A stretch of 63,416 nt of DNA, filler included, from Octopus bimaculoides (taxonomy: Eukaryota), in assembly GCF_001194135.2 (NCBI RefSeq). It is 3 parts of 3 records of this genome, joined end to end, with 100 filler letters (N's around TTAATTAATTAA, not from the genome) between each part and the next. Parts side by side here need not be neighbours in the genome. Positions count along the whole stretch, not along the records: positions 1 to 27,727 come from NC_069005.1; 2 more parts are not named here. One strand, written 5' to 3'. Of the stretch, positions 11,886 through 24,004 are shown piece after piece. The position numbers and the translations under genes were made by a program. The notes beneath the pieces were generated by a model. It was not told the origin of the DNA. It saw only the letters and a program-made list of their open reading frames with translations, and did no database searches. Every line of letters starts with the position of its first letter. Positions within the stretch are counted from its first letter, which is position 1.

Positions 11886-12770
11886 TAAGAAGCTGTTCCT
11901 TATCAATTGGAACTCACCCTTCACCGACTTTCAAAAGCTGCTCTGCAAATAGTTCAGCTGATTGATCTCTTGAAAGGCTCGATATCCTACAATAATTGAA
12001 GTAAAAAAAAAAGAAGNNNNNNNNNNNNNNNNNNNNNNNNNNNNNNNNNNNNNNNNNNNNNNNNNNNNNNNNNNNNNNNNNNNNNNNNNNNNNNNNNNNN
12101 NNNNNNNNNNNNNNNNNNNNNNNNNNNNNNNNNNNNNNNNNNNNNNNNNNNNNNNNNNNNNNNNNNNNNNNNNNNNNNNNNNNNNNNNNNNNNNNNNNNN
12201 NNNNNNNNNNNNNNNNNNNNNNNNNNNNNNNNNNNNNNNNNNNNNNNNNNNNNNNNNNNNNNNNNNNNNNNNNNNNNNNNNNNNNNNNNNNNNNNNNNNN
12301 NNNNNNNNNNNNNNNNNNNNNNNNNNNNNNNNNNNNNNNNNNNNNNNNNNNNNNNNNNNNNNNNNNNNNNNNNNNNNNNNNNNNNNNNNNNNNNNNNNNN
12401 NNNNNNNNNNNNNNNNNNNNNNNNNNNNNNNNNNNNNNNNNNNNNNNNNNNNNNNNNNNNNNNNNNNNNNNNNNNNNNNNNNNNNNNNNNNNNNNNNNNN
12501 NNNNNNNNNNNNNNNNNNNNNNNNNNNNNNNNNNNNNNNNNNNNNNNNNNNNNNNNNNNNNNNNNNNNNNNNNNNNNNNNNNNNNNNNNNNNNNNNNNNN
12601 NNNNNNNNNNNNNNNNNNNNNNNNNNNNNNNNNNNNNNNNNNNNNNNNNNNNNNNNNNNNNNNNNNNNNNNNNNNNNNNNNNNNNNNNNNNNNNNNNNNN
12701 NNNNNNNNNNNNNNNNNNNNNNNNNNNNNNNNNNNNNNNNNNNNNNNNNNNNNNNNNNNNNNNNNNNNNN

Positions 12771-12821
<51 letters not shown>

Positions 12822-13167
12822 AGGTGCGTAGCCTAGCAGTTACGGTGTGAACACGAACCTTTTAAATATTATTGTACATATATAATATGTGTGTGAGTGT
12901 GTGTGTATGTATGCATTCATGTATATATGTATATATGTATATATATATACGTGTGTGTGTGTATGTGTGTGTGTTTGCATGTGTATAAATATACGCGTAT
13001 GCATATATATGTACACACACACACACACGATTAAAGGGAGAGACTTATGGGAGAATATTTCCAATATATAGTTATGTAATATATGTACATATATGAATAT
13101 ATAAAATATAACCTATCGTCCTCTCACTCTCTTTTCCCCTTGTCGTCGTAACCGACGGAGTCCCAGC

Positions 13168-13677
13168 AATAATGGTATTTTTAAATAAAGCTTTAAGCTT
13201 ATGGTGATCATCGTGCAATGACTAAGGAAAATAGTCTAATAAAGTGGCATATAAGCCCTCGACAGAAAACAGAAGACTTTTCTATCCGCAAATATACCTT
13301 TATTATTATTTACCGGATTATAAATCACGGCGCCGTATAAAAAAACAAAAACATTCGCACCGAAAGCATATAAAAAGGTTTTTTTTTTACATAAAAACAA
13401 ATACAAACTAATATATAGTTCTTAAATTTGACAGAAACCGGGGAGGCTGATTCGCTGGTGTACAGGTAACACACCTAGTCGCGTTAACAAAGGGATGTGG
13501 TTTCGATTCCCACGCGGATATGAAAACCTTTTTTTTTTCTGTCGAGGGCTTATATGTCCCTTTATTTTCCTTAGTCATTGCACAGTGATCGTTTTAAGCT
13601 TATTTGAAAATACCATTATTATAATTTACAGGATTGTAAATCACGGCGCTGTATAAAAAACAATTCGCATCGAAAGC
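13168..13677. repeat. Composite repeat: ~110-120-bp inverted arms (13168-13289 / 13514-13620), a ~55-bp direct repeat (13309-13367 / 13625-13677) and a tRNA-like head (~13450-13517)
   Basis: The arms align by eye (AATAATGGTATTTT...GTGCAATGACTAAGGAAAATA...CATATAAGCCCTCGACAGAAAA...TATCCGC). The B-box-like GGTTTCGATTCCC directly precedes the right arm. Confidence 0.8.
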
Positions 13678-13778
13678 GTTTATATATATATATGTATAAT
13701 TATTCAAAATAATCTTAAGGTAGGATAATGAAATTTGGCACACACGTTCTAATGTGAATTGTTAATCCATTGCAGTAA

Positions 13779-14943
13779 TTAAATTTCAAAATGACCAGCT
13801 TTCACCTTGATCATAGCCTGCAAACGAGTGGTCACTGAGTTGCATGAGCACCGTACCACCTCTTCATCCAACTTCACCCATGAAGACGGAAGGGCGTTCT
13901 TCAGATCTGACACGTTTGAACAGGAGCGAGCAGAAACATTACTCTCTATGATAGACCAGATAGCAATGTCCATGGGATTGATGTCTGGACTGATGTCTGG
14001 ATTGATGCCTAGACTGATGTCTGATTGATGTCTGAAGGCCATATCGTCTTGTCCCAAAAACCACTGAAATGTTCTTTGCACCACCTCTGTGTCAAATTGG
14101 AAGTGTGAGCCAGAGTCTTGAGTGAAGATGTAACAGTCACCAAAAGTTTCTGTGACCCAGGGTAAAACTTTCTCATCCAATATTTCCACATAAACTTTAC
14201 TGTTGACCTTGACACCAGCATCGATGAAGATCAAGGGAGACTTGGACCAATCAAATGCAACTGCGGCCCACACTATGAGTGAAGCTGGTTTCTGACGGTG
14301 TAACTGACTCCTGCTATTTTCGGGCAACTATTCTGCATTACGTGCATAAAGCCTGTCATTCTGCTTGTTGGTATCTGCCTCCACGATGAAGATCTCGTAG
14401 GGCCAAATCAACACTTTGTCAGCGACGCGCTTCATCTCAGCTAACATGGTTTACCCCTGTCGAGTCGTTTCTTCTAGGAAGCTACTGAAATTAACTGCCG
14501 GGATTGTTTCTTGTATGCAGTTAGCTTTAAATCCTCTTTAAAAATCCTGAGTATTGAGGATTTCGAAATATCAAGAGCTTTGGCAGTTTTTCTTGTACTC
14601 CTGTGGGGATTTCTTCACAGCTTCAACAGTTTGTTTGCTACGAATTGGCTTGCTAGAAGTAGTAGCGGACTCCATATATCGTTTCCAGGTAGCGAACACT
14701 GTCCTACGGCACACATTCAACTGTTTTGTTATGTTCTCGTTGCTCATTCCACCTGTTTTCAAAGCGACAATCTGGTTACATTTTGCTTTGGACTAAGTTT
14801 GTTCACAAACCTGTTATAGACGAACAAAACAATAGACTCATAAACAAAAGACATATACAAATCTTTACGTAAAATTATATTACCTGAACCGATAGTCTTG
14901 AGAAAAAGTTTTAAACATGGGTAAATATTCCTGGGACACCCCG
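13779..14943 (-). mobile_element. maT/DD37D-like Tc1-mariner transposon, decayed
   Basis: KPASLIVWAAVAFD...KVNSKVYVEIL...IFTQD...HTSNLTQRWCKEHF...SPDINPMD..WSI..AMIKVKAGHFEI*. The 5' end CGGGGTGTCCCAGG abuts TA at 14944-14945. Confidence 0.88.
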
Positions 14944-14949
14944 TAAACA

Positions 14950-15015
<66 letters not shown>

Positions 15016-15755
15016 NNNNNNNNNNNNNNNNNNNNNNNNNNNNNNNNNNNNNNNNNNNNNNNNNNNNNNNNNNNNNNNNNNNNNNNNNNNNNNNNNNNNN
15101 NNNNNNNNNNNNNNNNNNNNNNNNNNNNNNNNNNNNNNNNNNNNNNNNNNNNNNNNNNNNNNNNNNNNNNNNNNNNNNNNNNNNNNNNNNNNNNNNNNNN
15201 NNNNNNNNNNNNNNNNNNNNNNNNNNNNNNNNNNNNNNNNNNNNNNNNNNNNNNNNNNNNNNNNNNNNNNNNNNNNNNNNNNNNNNNNNNNNNNNNNNNN
15301 NNNNNNNNNNNNNNNNNNNNNNNNNNNNNNNNNNNNNNNNNNNNNNNNNNNNNNNNNNNNNNNNNNNNNNNNNNNNNNNNNNNNNNNNNNNNNNNNNNNN
15401 NNNNNNNNNNNNNNNNNNNNNNNNNNNNNNNNNNNNNNNNNNNNNNNNNNNNNNNNNNNNNNNNNNNNNNNNNNNNNNNNNNNNNNNNNNNNNNNNNNNN
15501 NNNNNNNNNNNNNNNNNNNNNNNNNNNNNNNNNNNNNNNNNNNNNNNNNNNNNNNNNNNNNNNNNNNNNNNNNNNNNNNNNNNNNNNNNNNNNNNNNNNN
15601 NNNNNNNNNNNNNNNNNNNNNNNNNNNNNNNNNNNNNNNNNNNNNNNNNNNNNNNNNNNNNNNNNNNNNNNNNNNNNNNNNNNNNNNNNNNNNNNNNNNN
15701 NNNNNNNNNNNNNNNNNNNNNNNNNNNNATATATGTATATAAATGTATATATATA

Positions 15756-15802
15756 ACTAGCTGAGGTACCCGGTAATACCCGGGAGCGGGGATATTCCTA
15801 GT
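15756..15802. mobile_element. Helitron-type 3' terminus motif (CTAG plus GC hairpin)
   Basis: Minus strand: TCCCGGGTATTACCGGGTACCTCAGCTAG|T. A second CTAGT faces the other way at 15798-15802. Confidence 0.5.
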
Positions 15803-16329
15803 ACCCATTACAATGCTTAATTTCTCTCAGACGAAAAATGAAATCAAGACATAGGACAGATAATGGAAGCGTAAGGAAATTCATTCACGAAATAATGATG
15901 CAAATAAATACGTGTGGAATCAGAAAATGACAATCGTTTGGTCAGATGAGTGAAAGCTACAAGCATGTAATCAATGGAAACATCAAGAATTTTAGAGGAG
16001 TGCTATAAAAAAAAAACTTAAAAGTTTGAAAAGTAAACAAAAAATTATTTAGAGAAAAGGCACTTAATTTGACGACTGTGTTTCATGGGTATAATTCCAC
16101 TGATCGTGAGAATCAAATATCGACTGCAACGGTTAGCACCGATAATTTTAAGTGCAGGTGTTAAGAAAATACATGTTACAGCAACCTGAGAATGCTGAAA
16201 TTTTATATTATAAATGTAAAGAGAAAGAAAGTGAGAGGAAATATTATTGTGAATGAAAATGCATTATCAAAAGCGGCAAGGGAGAAAACTTTGAAATTTC
16301 AAATGACCAAGTTTGAAAAGGTGATTATG

Positions 16330-17240
16330 CAAATGTAGAGTGTAAGGAGCTAGAGACTGAAAATGGAAACGTATCACCAGTATCAAAACATAAAAAGCGT
16401 TCTAAACGCTCTGAGATCATCAGAATACCTGAATTTATCCAGCAAGTTCAACAGACCATTGTTTACAAACCCAGAATATCCATGAGATCAATTGCAAAAG
16501 ATATCCATGTGTCAGATGGAATAGTCAGAAATGTTGTCCACGAAGACATCATATATAAGTCTTATATGATGAGGAACGGTCAATTTATGTTAGAAAAAGC
16601 AAAAGAAAATTACTACATCAGATCTAAAAAATCCAGCAGAAGATTTGACTTGGTTTTTCTCAAAAGAGAAAAACTTCGACCAAGATCAAAAAGTTAACAG
16701 AAAGAATGACAAATGGTTATGTGCTGACCCTTCTGAAGTGCCAAGTGTTATGCATACAAAATTTCCTGCAACTGTCATGGTTTTAGGGGTTTTCAGCAAT
16801 GAAAGACATGTGATACCTCCTTACTTCTTTCCACAAGGCCTTAAGTTAACTCTGCCGCTTACATTGAGGTCCTGGAAATAATTGTTAAGCCCTGGATAGC
16901 AGTGTATGCAATGGAAGGCCATATGTGTTTCAATAAGACTCTGCACTGTCACACATGGCTCTAGTAACACAGGAATGAATGGCTGAAAATTTTCATGATT
17001 ACATAACTCCTAACATTTGGCCTTCTAATTCCCCAGATCTCAATCCATTGGACTATTACATGTGGAGCGTTGTTGAGATAGAAGTCAACGAACACGCCCA
17101 TAGCACCAAAGATTCTTTGAAAGCTGCCATAGTCAGAATAACGTCCAAAATGAACCAGGACCACTTGCTTCGAGCATGTAAATGATTTAGATCTCATATA
17201 GAAGCAGTTGTTGAAGCTGAAGGTGGCTTTATTGAATAAC
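16330..17240 (+). pseudogene. DD37D (maT) transposase pseudogene
   Basis: SMRSIAKDIHVS...WFFSKEKNFDQDQKVNRKNDKWL...KFPATVMVLG...FQ*D-(37 residues)-SPDLNPLDY...AEGGFIE*. The 37-residue D-D spacing was counted directly. Confidence 0.9.
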
Positions 17241-17414
17241 ATTATAGAAAAGAAGGTTTATTTTTATCTTCATAGCATTTTTTTAAAAAATAGCGTTATT
17301 AGCTGTTATTATATATCTCGTTGAGGAAGTTTGGAGAGTATATCAGCCGAAACATTGTGATAACAACAAACAAGACGAGGACAAATATCCGTCAAATGTA
17401 AATAATGTAAATAA

Positions 17415-18240
17415 AGTCAGTTTGTTCTTTTTCCCGAGGGTCCAGTTCTGATCGTGGAGTCCCGAATTTGTTGCCTGTGTACCGTCAGTCTGTCCCTCAA
17501 GGTCAAACTAGTTTGACCTATGTAGTCTCCATCACACCCACCACATTTGAGGACAGAGATTAAGTTCTTCGATGCACTGGTGAAGTGATTTTTTATGGTG
17601 AAAGTTTGACCTGACTTAAATTTATATGTTGAGCCCTCCAAGAGGTAGATGCAAGCTCCGCAGTTAGGGCGGTTGCATTTTTTGACTAGTGGGGTCATAT
17701 TTTTGGAGGGTAATTTGGTGCTGGTGAGTAACCTTTTTAGAGATTGCGGTTGTCGCTTGCTTTTAATAACCCTGTGTATTTCCAGTGCTTTTTTCACTCG
17801 CAGGTCATTCATAAGGAGGGGTATGTTTTGGTGGATGATGTTGTATGCCTCCATGTTCCTCAGATTGTGTGTTGGTACGTAAGATAATTTTTGAGTGTAT
17901 CATGGGGTTTTCTTGATGTCTATCGTTTTTGCAACTTCTATTCCGTCTTTGATTAAACTAGCCGGGTATTTTCCTTTTAGTAATGTGTTTTTAAGTTCTT
18001 GGAGTCGTTTATCTCGGGTTTCGGGATTTGTTGCAATCATGAACATTCCTCATGATAAGTTGAGCGGTATATTGATTTTAGTATGTTTTGGGTGGCAGGA
18101 AGAGAATAGAAGATATTGTTTTGAGTTTGCTGGTTTTTCGTAAGCAGGAGACATGGGAAAGTCTAGAAGAAAAAGATGAAAGATTAAGAAAATCGCCGAT
18201 AGTCCTCGTATAGTTACATTTTTTAAATGACCGGAAGTAG
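17415..18240 (-). mobile_element. Penelope-like element fragment (RT C-terminus plus GIY-YIG endonuclease)
   Basis: YEKPANSKQYLLFSSCHPKHTKINIP...YPASLI... then KCNRPNCGACIY...NLISVLKCGGCDGDYIGQTSLTLRDRLTVHRQQI. Confidence 0.88.
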
Positions 18241-18749
18241 ATGGACAAGGAGAAAGTGCTTTCTGGGACAGGAGAGTGTTGGTTGGTGTCTGTGTGTATT
18301 TGTGTGTGTGTGCGCTCGCACGTGTGGTGACATGTGTGTTTGTGTGTGATAGCATATGTGTATATGGTAGCGGTGCGTGTGTGTGGCAGTAACTGCGTGT
18401 GTGTGTTTGTGTGTTGTGGCATGTGTGCTTATGATGGTGGTGGCATGTATGTGTTTGTGATACCATGTGTGTGTATATGTGCGCGTTAGTAAGTATGGAA
18501 CTGTATGTACGTGTGTATGTATGTGTGTGCATGTGCGTGTTGTGTGTGTGGAGGTATATATATAAAGATAGCGGAACACTCTACAGACACATGAACCCTT
18601 AACCTAGGATTCAGGGAGGTTCACCGTGACACAGAAATTGACAAAGTGATGGTGCGGTACAAACAGACATAAAGTCAAACACACACATAAATACACGCAT
18701 ACACACACACACACACATACACACACCCACGCAGACATACTTATATTCC

Positions 18750-18976
18750 TTTTTTTACTTGTTTCAGTCATTTGAATGCGGCCATGCTGAAGCACCGCCT
18801 TTAGTCGAGCAAATCGACCCCAGGACTTATTCTTTGTAAGCCTAGTACTTATTTTATCGGTCTCTTTTGCCGAACCGCTACGGTATGGGGACATAAACAC
18901 ACCAGCATTGGTTGTCAAGCGATGTTGGTGGACAAACACATGCACACACACACAGACACACACACACACACATACA
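18750..18976 (-). mobile_element. SINE family A, 3' half
   Basis: Matches the tail half of the 8143-8553 copy; runs into a gap. Confidence 0.85.
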
Positions 18977-19663
18977 NNNNNNNNNNNNNNNNNNNNNNNN
19001 NNNNNNNNNNNNNNNNNNNNNNNNNNNNNNNNNNNNNNNNNNNNNNNNNNNNNNNNNNNNNNNNNNNNNNNNNNNNNNNNNNNNNNNNNNNNNNNNNNNN
19101 NNNNNNNNNNNNNNNNNNNNNNNNNNNNNNNNNNNNNNNNNNNNNNNNNNNNNNNNNNNNNNNNNNNNNNNNNNNNNNNNNNNNNNNNNNNNNNNNNNNN
19201 NNNNNNNNNNNNNNNNNNNNNNNNNNNNNNNNNNNNNNNNNNNNNNNNNNNNNNNNNNNNNNNNNNNNNNNNNNNNNNNNNNNNNNNNNNNNNNNNNNNN
19301 NNNNNNNNNNNNNNNNNNNNNNNNNNNNNNNNNNNNNNNNNNNNNNNNNNNNNNNNNNNNNNNNNNNNNNNNNNNNNNNNNNNNNNNNNNNNNNNNNNNN
19401 NNNNNNNNNNNNNNNNNNNNNNNNNNNNNNNNNNNNNNNNNNNNNNNNNNNNNNNNNNNNNNNNNNNNNNNNNNNNNNNNNNNNNNNNNNNNNNNNNNNN
19501 NNNNNNNNNNNNNNNNNNNNNNNNNNNNNNNNNNNNNNNNNNNNNNNNNNNNNNNNNNNNNNNNNNNNNNNNNNNNNNNNNNNNNNNNNNNNNNNNNNNN
19601 NNNNNNNNNNNNNNNNNNNNNNNNNNNNNNNNNNNNNNNNNNNNNNNNNNNNNNNNNNNNNNN

Positions 19664-19700
<37 letters not shown>

Positions 19701-20214
19701 TATATATAATACAAGACCCACGCTAGACTCATCACTCGTATCATTATCAAACCAAGAGTTTAACCACAGTCTATCCATAGCGCTTACTTAGCATTACCCG
19801 ACACTCTTTGGGTCTTCCAGACATTAATACCTCTCACCCCCTCGGTATATGTGTATATGTGTGTATATATATGTATGTATGTGTGTATGTATGTATGTAT
19901 GTATGTATGTATGTATGTATGTATGTGTGCAACAGGTTTTATTTTCAGTTTCCGTCTACCAAATCCACTCACAAGACTTTGGTCGGCCCGAGGCTATAGT
20001 AGAAGACACTTGCCCAAAGTGCCACGCAAAATAATGATTTTGAAAGATGTATCTATAAAACTAGTTTTTAAGCATCGAATGGCTAGGTGGTGGGGCACTG
20101 CAGAATAAGATAGTAATCAAAGGGGCCAATAGGTAAAAGATGGTTGAGAACCACTGCTCTAGTTGGTCATTTGAAGTGTCCTAGAAACAACAGCTAAATC
20201 TCACTCGCTCAAAT

Positions 20215-21510
20215 TGCAGTCATCTCACATTACATATCCCGTAGTTTGGCTGACCATTGGGGCACCACTGATGACTTTGCGACCAGGTGGCTTTCCACCC
20301 TTCTCTGTCTTCTGCCTCTCGTACTGTGTCTCCCAACTTTAGGCCTGTCCACTCAGATGTTGTTTTCCCACCTGTAGTGACGCCTAATACCAGTCGCCAT
20401 TTTGGGAAGTTCGTCCACGCATGCGCAGGGACATGTCTTCCGGAAAGCATGCAGGAAGTCTCTCATGCGCATGCGTAGTCATCCTATATCAAAGCGTTCC
20501 CGCCTTTCCTCGACCTCTTAGCGCTGCAGCTTCGAAGACACCAGGTCGCTAAGAGCCGCTCCGTAACTCTACCTTTGAGTCAACGCAAACTACTTCGGAG
20601 GCTGAAGAATGACTTAATCATCCAGTATCGACACCGACGCAGTCTTCACACCAGCCATAAAGGGCGACCTGGCAATTCCGTTACTTGAGATGTAGACTGA
20701 ACACCTCATAATAAATATTTGTTATGCTGTTATTCAATTTATCCAACGTTTTCGTTTTTATTAAAGAGAATTGATTTGTACGGGATAGGGTTACCCAATG
20801 ATGGTGGTCCTATCACCGACACACCTTTCTCTGTCTGCCTCTGCGTCTACCATCTTTGACTGATCCCTGAAGGATTGTTTTGGCCATCCCTGATGAGTGG
20901 GTGACACGCCCAAACCACCTGAGCATGCGTTTTTTTTAGTGTGGTAAGAAGTTCTTCATGGGGCCCTATTGCCTGCCTTATTCTTTTTTTCATTTCCTCA
21001 TTTGTAATACGATCTCCGTATGATATTCCTAAAAGTCTTCTGAATCATTTCATCTCTATAGCCTGTATTTTTTTTTTCCATTTCTGCCCTCAGTGTCCAT
21101 GTCTCACAGGCATACAGGAATATTGAGATCACAAATGATCTCATTAGCCTAATTTTGGAGCTCAGTGAGTTATTTATGTATTTCCGCAGAATTCTAATTT
21201 TTGGTTATCGTTGCTCTTGTTTTGGTAATGCGGGATATCACTTCAAACTTGGAACCTTGGTTACTCACAATCACTACAAGATATCTGGAGTCTTGAACTT
21301 GTTCAAGCTCAACTACACAGACGCTTACGTTGGTACTGATTCCGTTTCGGCAGTTTGTCATAACTTCTGTTTTCTCTGCGCTCAACTCCATGCCAAATTC
21401 ATTGGAGGTTTTGTATAGGCGCCTCTACAAGTTGTTTCAATTCTTGTTCTGAGCCCGCCAGTCCGGGAGTATCTTAGCGTCTTTAATAAGTGAAGAAGGA
21501 CAGGACTACA
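20215..21510 (-). mobile_element. RTE-clade LINE 3' fragment, interrupted by a solo LTR
   Basis: ELSAEKTEVMT...YL..IVSNQGSKFEVISRI...RMLRWFGRVTHSSGMAKTILQGSVKDGRRRGRQRK | WENN..EWTGLKLGDTVREAEDREGWK. Confidence 0.85.
20373..20821 (+). mobile_element. Solo LTR (449 bp), gypsy-like
   Basis: TGTAG...CGACA termini with a perfect 4-bp TSD CACC (20369-20372 / 20822-20825). AATAAA at ~20709. Removing it restores the RTE reading frame. Confidence 0.85.
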
Positions 21511-21792
21511 TTAGGCAATGTAGTTCTGCATGTTGCTGAAATGAGACGGTGAAGAGGTGAAGATGTCACGGTTGGAATGTATTTAAACTTCTACAGTAAC
21601 AAACCTACTACTAATACCACCATCACCACCACCTCAACAACCACCACAACAACAACTACCACCACCACCATCACCGCAACAACAACACCACTACTACTAA
21701 CACATCAAAACAGGGCAACATCAGTCATCAATATCAAATTATAGGCACGTAAAAGAGGAGAGGAAGAGAAGGAGGGGGGAAAAGAAAGAATG

Positions 21793-21879
21793 GAAGAAGA
21801 AGAAGAAGAAGAAGAAGAAGAAGAAGAAGAAGAAGAAGAAGAAGAAGAAGAAGAAGAAGAAGAAGAAGAAGAAGAAGAA
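21793..21879. repeat. (GAA)n microsatellite
   Basis: Read directly from the sequence; runs into a gap. Confidence 0.98.
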
Positions 21880-22759
21880 NNNNNNNNNNNNNNNNNNNNN
21901 NNNNNNNNNNNNNNNNNNNNNNNNNNNNNNNNNNNNNNNNNNNNNNNNNNNNNNNNNNNNNNNNNNNNNNNNNNNNNNNNNNNNNNNNNNNNNNNNNNNN
22001 NNNNNNNNNNNNNNNNNNNNNNNNNNNNNNNNNNNNNNNNNNNNNNNNNNNNNNNNNNNNNNNNNNNNNNNNNNNNNNNNNNNNNNNNNNNNNNNNNNNN
22101 NNNNNNNNNNNNNNNNNNNNNNNNNNNNNNNNNNNNNNNNNNNNNNNNNNNNNNNNNNNNNNNNNNNNNNNNNNNNNNNNNNNNNNNNNNNNNNNNNNNN
22201 NNNNNNNNNNNNNNNNNNNNNNNNNNNNNNNNNNNNNNNNNNNNNNNNNNNNNNNNNNNNNNNNNNNNNNNNNNNNNNNNNNNNNNNNNNNNNNNNNNNN
22301 NNNNNNNNNNNNNNNNNNNNNNNNNNNNNNNNNNNNNNNNNNNNNNNNNNNNNNNNNNNNNNNNNNNNNNNNNNNNNNNNNNNNNNNNNNNNNNNNNNNN
22401 NNNNNNNNNNNNNNNNNNNNNNNNNNNNNNNNNNNNNNNNNNNNNNNNNNNNNNNNNNNNNNNNNNNNNNNNNNNNNNNNNNNNNNNNNNNNNNNNNNNN
22501 NNNNNNNNNNNNNNNNNNNNNNNNNNNNNNNNNNNNNNNNNNNNNNNNNNNNNNNNNNNNNNNNNNNNNNNNNNNNNNNNNNNNNNNNNNNNNNNNNNNN
22601 NNNNNNNNNNNNNNNNNNNNNNNNNNNNNNNNNTATAGGGAAAATTCACCCCAAAAAAACAAAAAACGAAGACAGGTGGTGTAGACAACAAACAGATGTA
22701 TTAGTTTAACGCTCGGGAAGTGAAAGTCTTTATATACATACATACATACATACACGCAT

Positions 22760-22818
<59 letters not shown>

Positions 22819-23095
22819 CAAATCTAATTTGGTACTTTAGTGGCTTTGGACTTAATTTAATTCTTATTTTAGCATAAACGGTGCTAACCAGCACCCTTCG
22901 TCACTTTTGTGACCTCTATTAATTTAATATATATACATATACATACATACATACATACATACATACATACATACATACACATATATATTTATACATACAT
23001 ACATATATACATATACATATGTGTATACATATATATATGTGTGTGTGTGTGTGTGTATCTGTAAATATAATATGTAACAATTATTCGGTAGCCAT

Positions 23096-23156
23096 GATAA
23101 AACTTCGAGTTTCGGATGTCGGCGCGGAAACCCACACCGGCATCTCCTCAGTTATC
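23096..23156 (-). ncRNA. Minimal type-I hammerhead ribozyme motif
   Basis: GATAA-CTGAGGA-GATGCCGGTGTGG-GTTT-CCGCGCCGACATC-C-GAAAC-TCGAA-GTT-TTATC. Stem I is GATAA/TTATC, the core is CUGANGA...GAAA, stem II is long, stem III is 2 bp with a palindromic TCGA loop, and the triplet is GUU. Confidence 0.72.
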
Positions 23157-23942
23157 GGGCCATCGAAAAAAATGCTATGAAAATAACCGTTAAAACAAAG
23201 GGAAATTACTGTGTGATTGACCGTTATTAAGACAAAAGAGCTATTAGAATGACCGCTAAGTAAGGGGAGGGAGTAAAGGTAAGGGAATAAAAATGTTCAT
23301 AGTAAACGTGTAAGCGCGCATGTCCATACATACACATGCGCGCCCGCACACCCACGTACATGCGCTTATATATATATACTCATCCACCTTCACTTGAAAC
23401 ACACACATGCTCACCCACACATTCGCCAAAATATATATATATATATATATACCCGCATACACGCTCGCACACACACGCGCGCACAAAAAAGTTTCATGCA
23501 GACGTCTACTATATATGCACATGCACAAGAAAAAACAGGGCTAAAGGCAAAATACAGAAAAAGGTGTAACAAAAAAGGTGTAAAAAATAAGCAATAAGAG
23601 TGAAACACGTCTATATGCACACATACTTGCATGCACACACACACACACGTCTATATACGCACATACCCGCACACCCGCACACATCCATACGCGCGCACAA
23701 AAATTCCATATACACGTCTATATACGCACAGGAAAGATGCAGGATGGAGGGTAGAATACAGAAAAATTATGTGTAAACAAAATTCTGATACGATTGTCGA
23801 GTTAAGAACTTATGTATTTTTTTTTTTTTTACTATTTTGTATTTTTATGCTCTATGAAAATATGCATGGTATGTATATATTTATATGTGTATGTGTGTAT
23901 GCGTGTCAAGTGCCTTATTGTGTTTATCTGCATTACTACACA

Positions 23943-24004
<62 letters not shown>

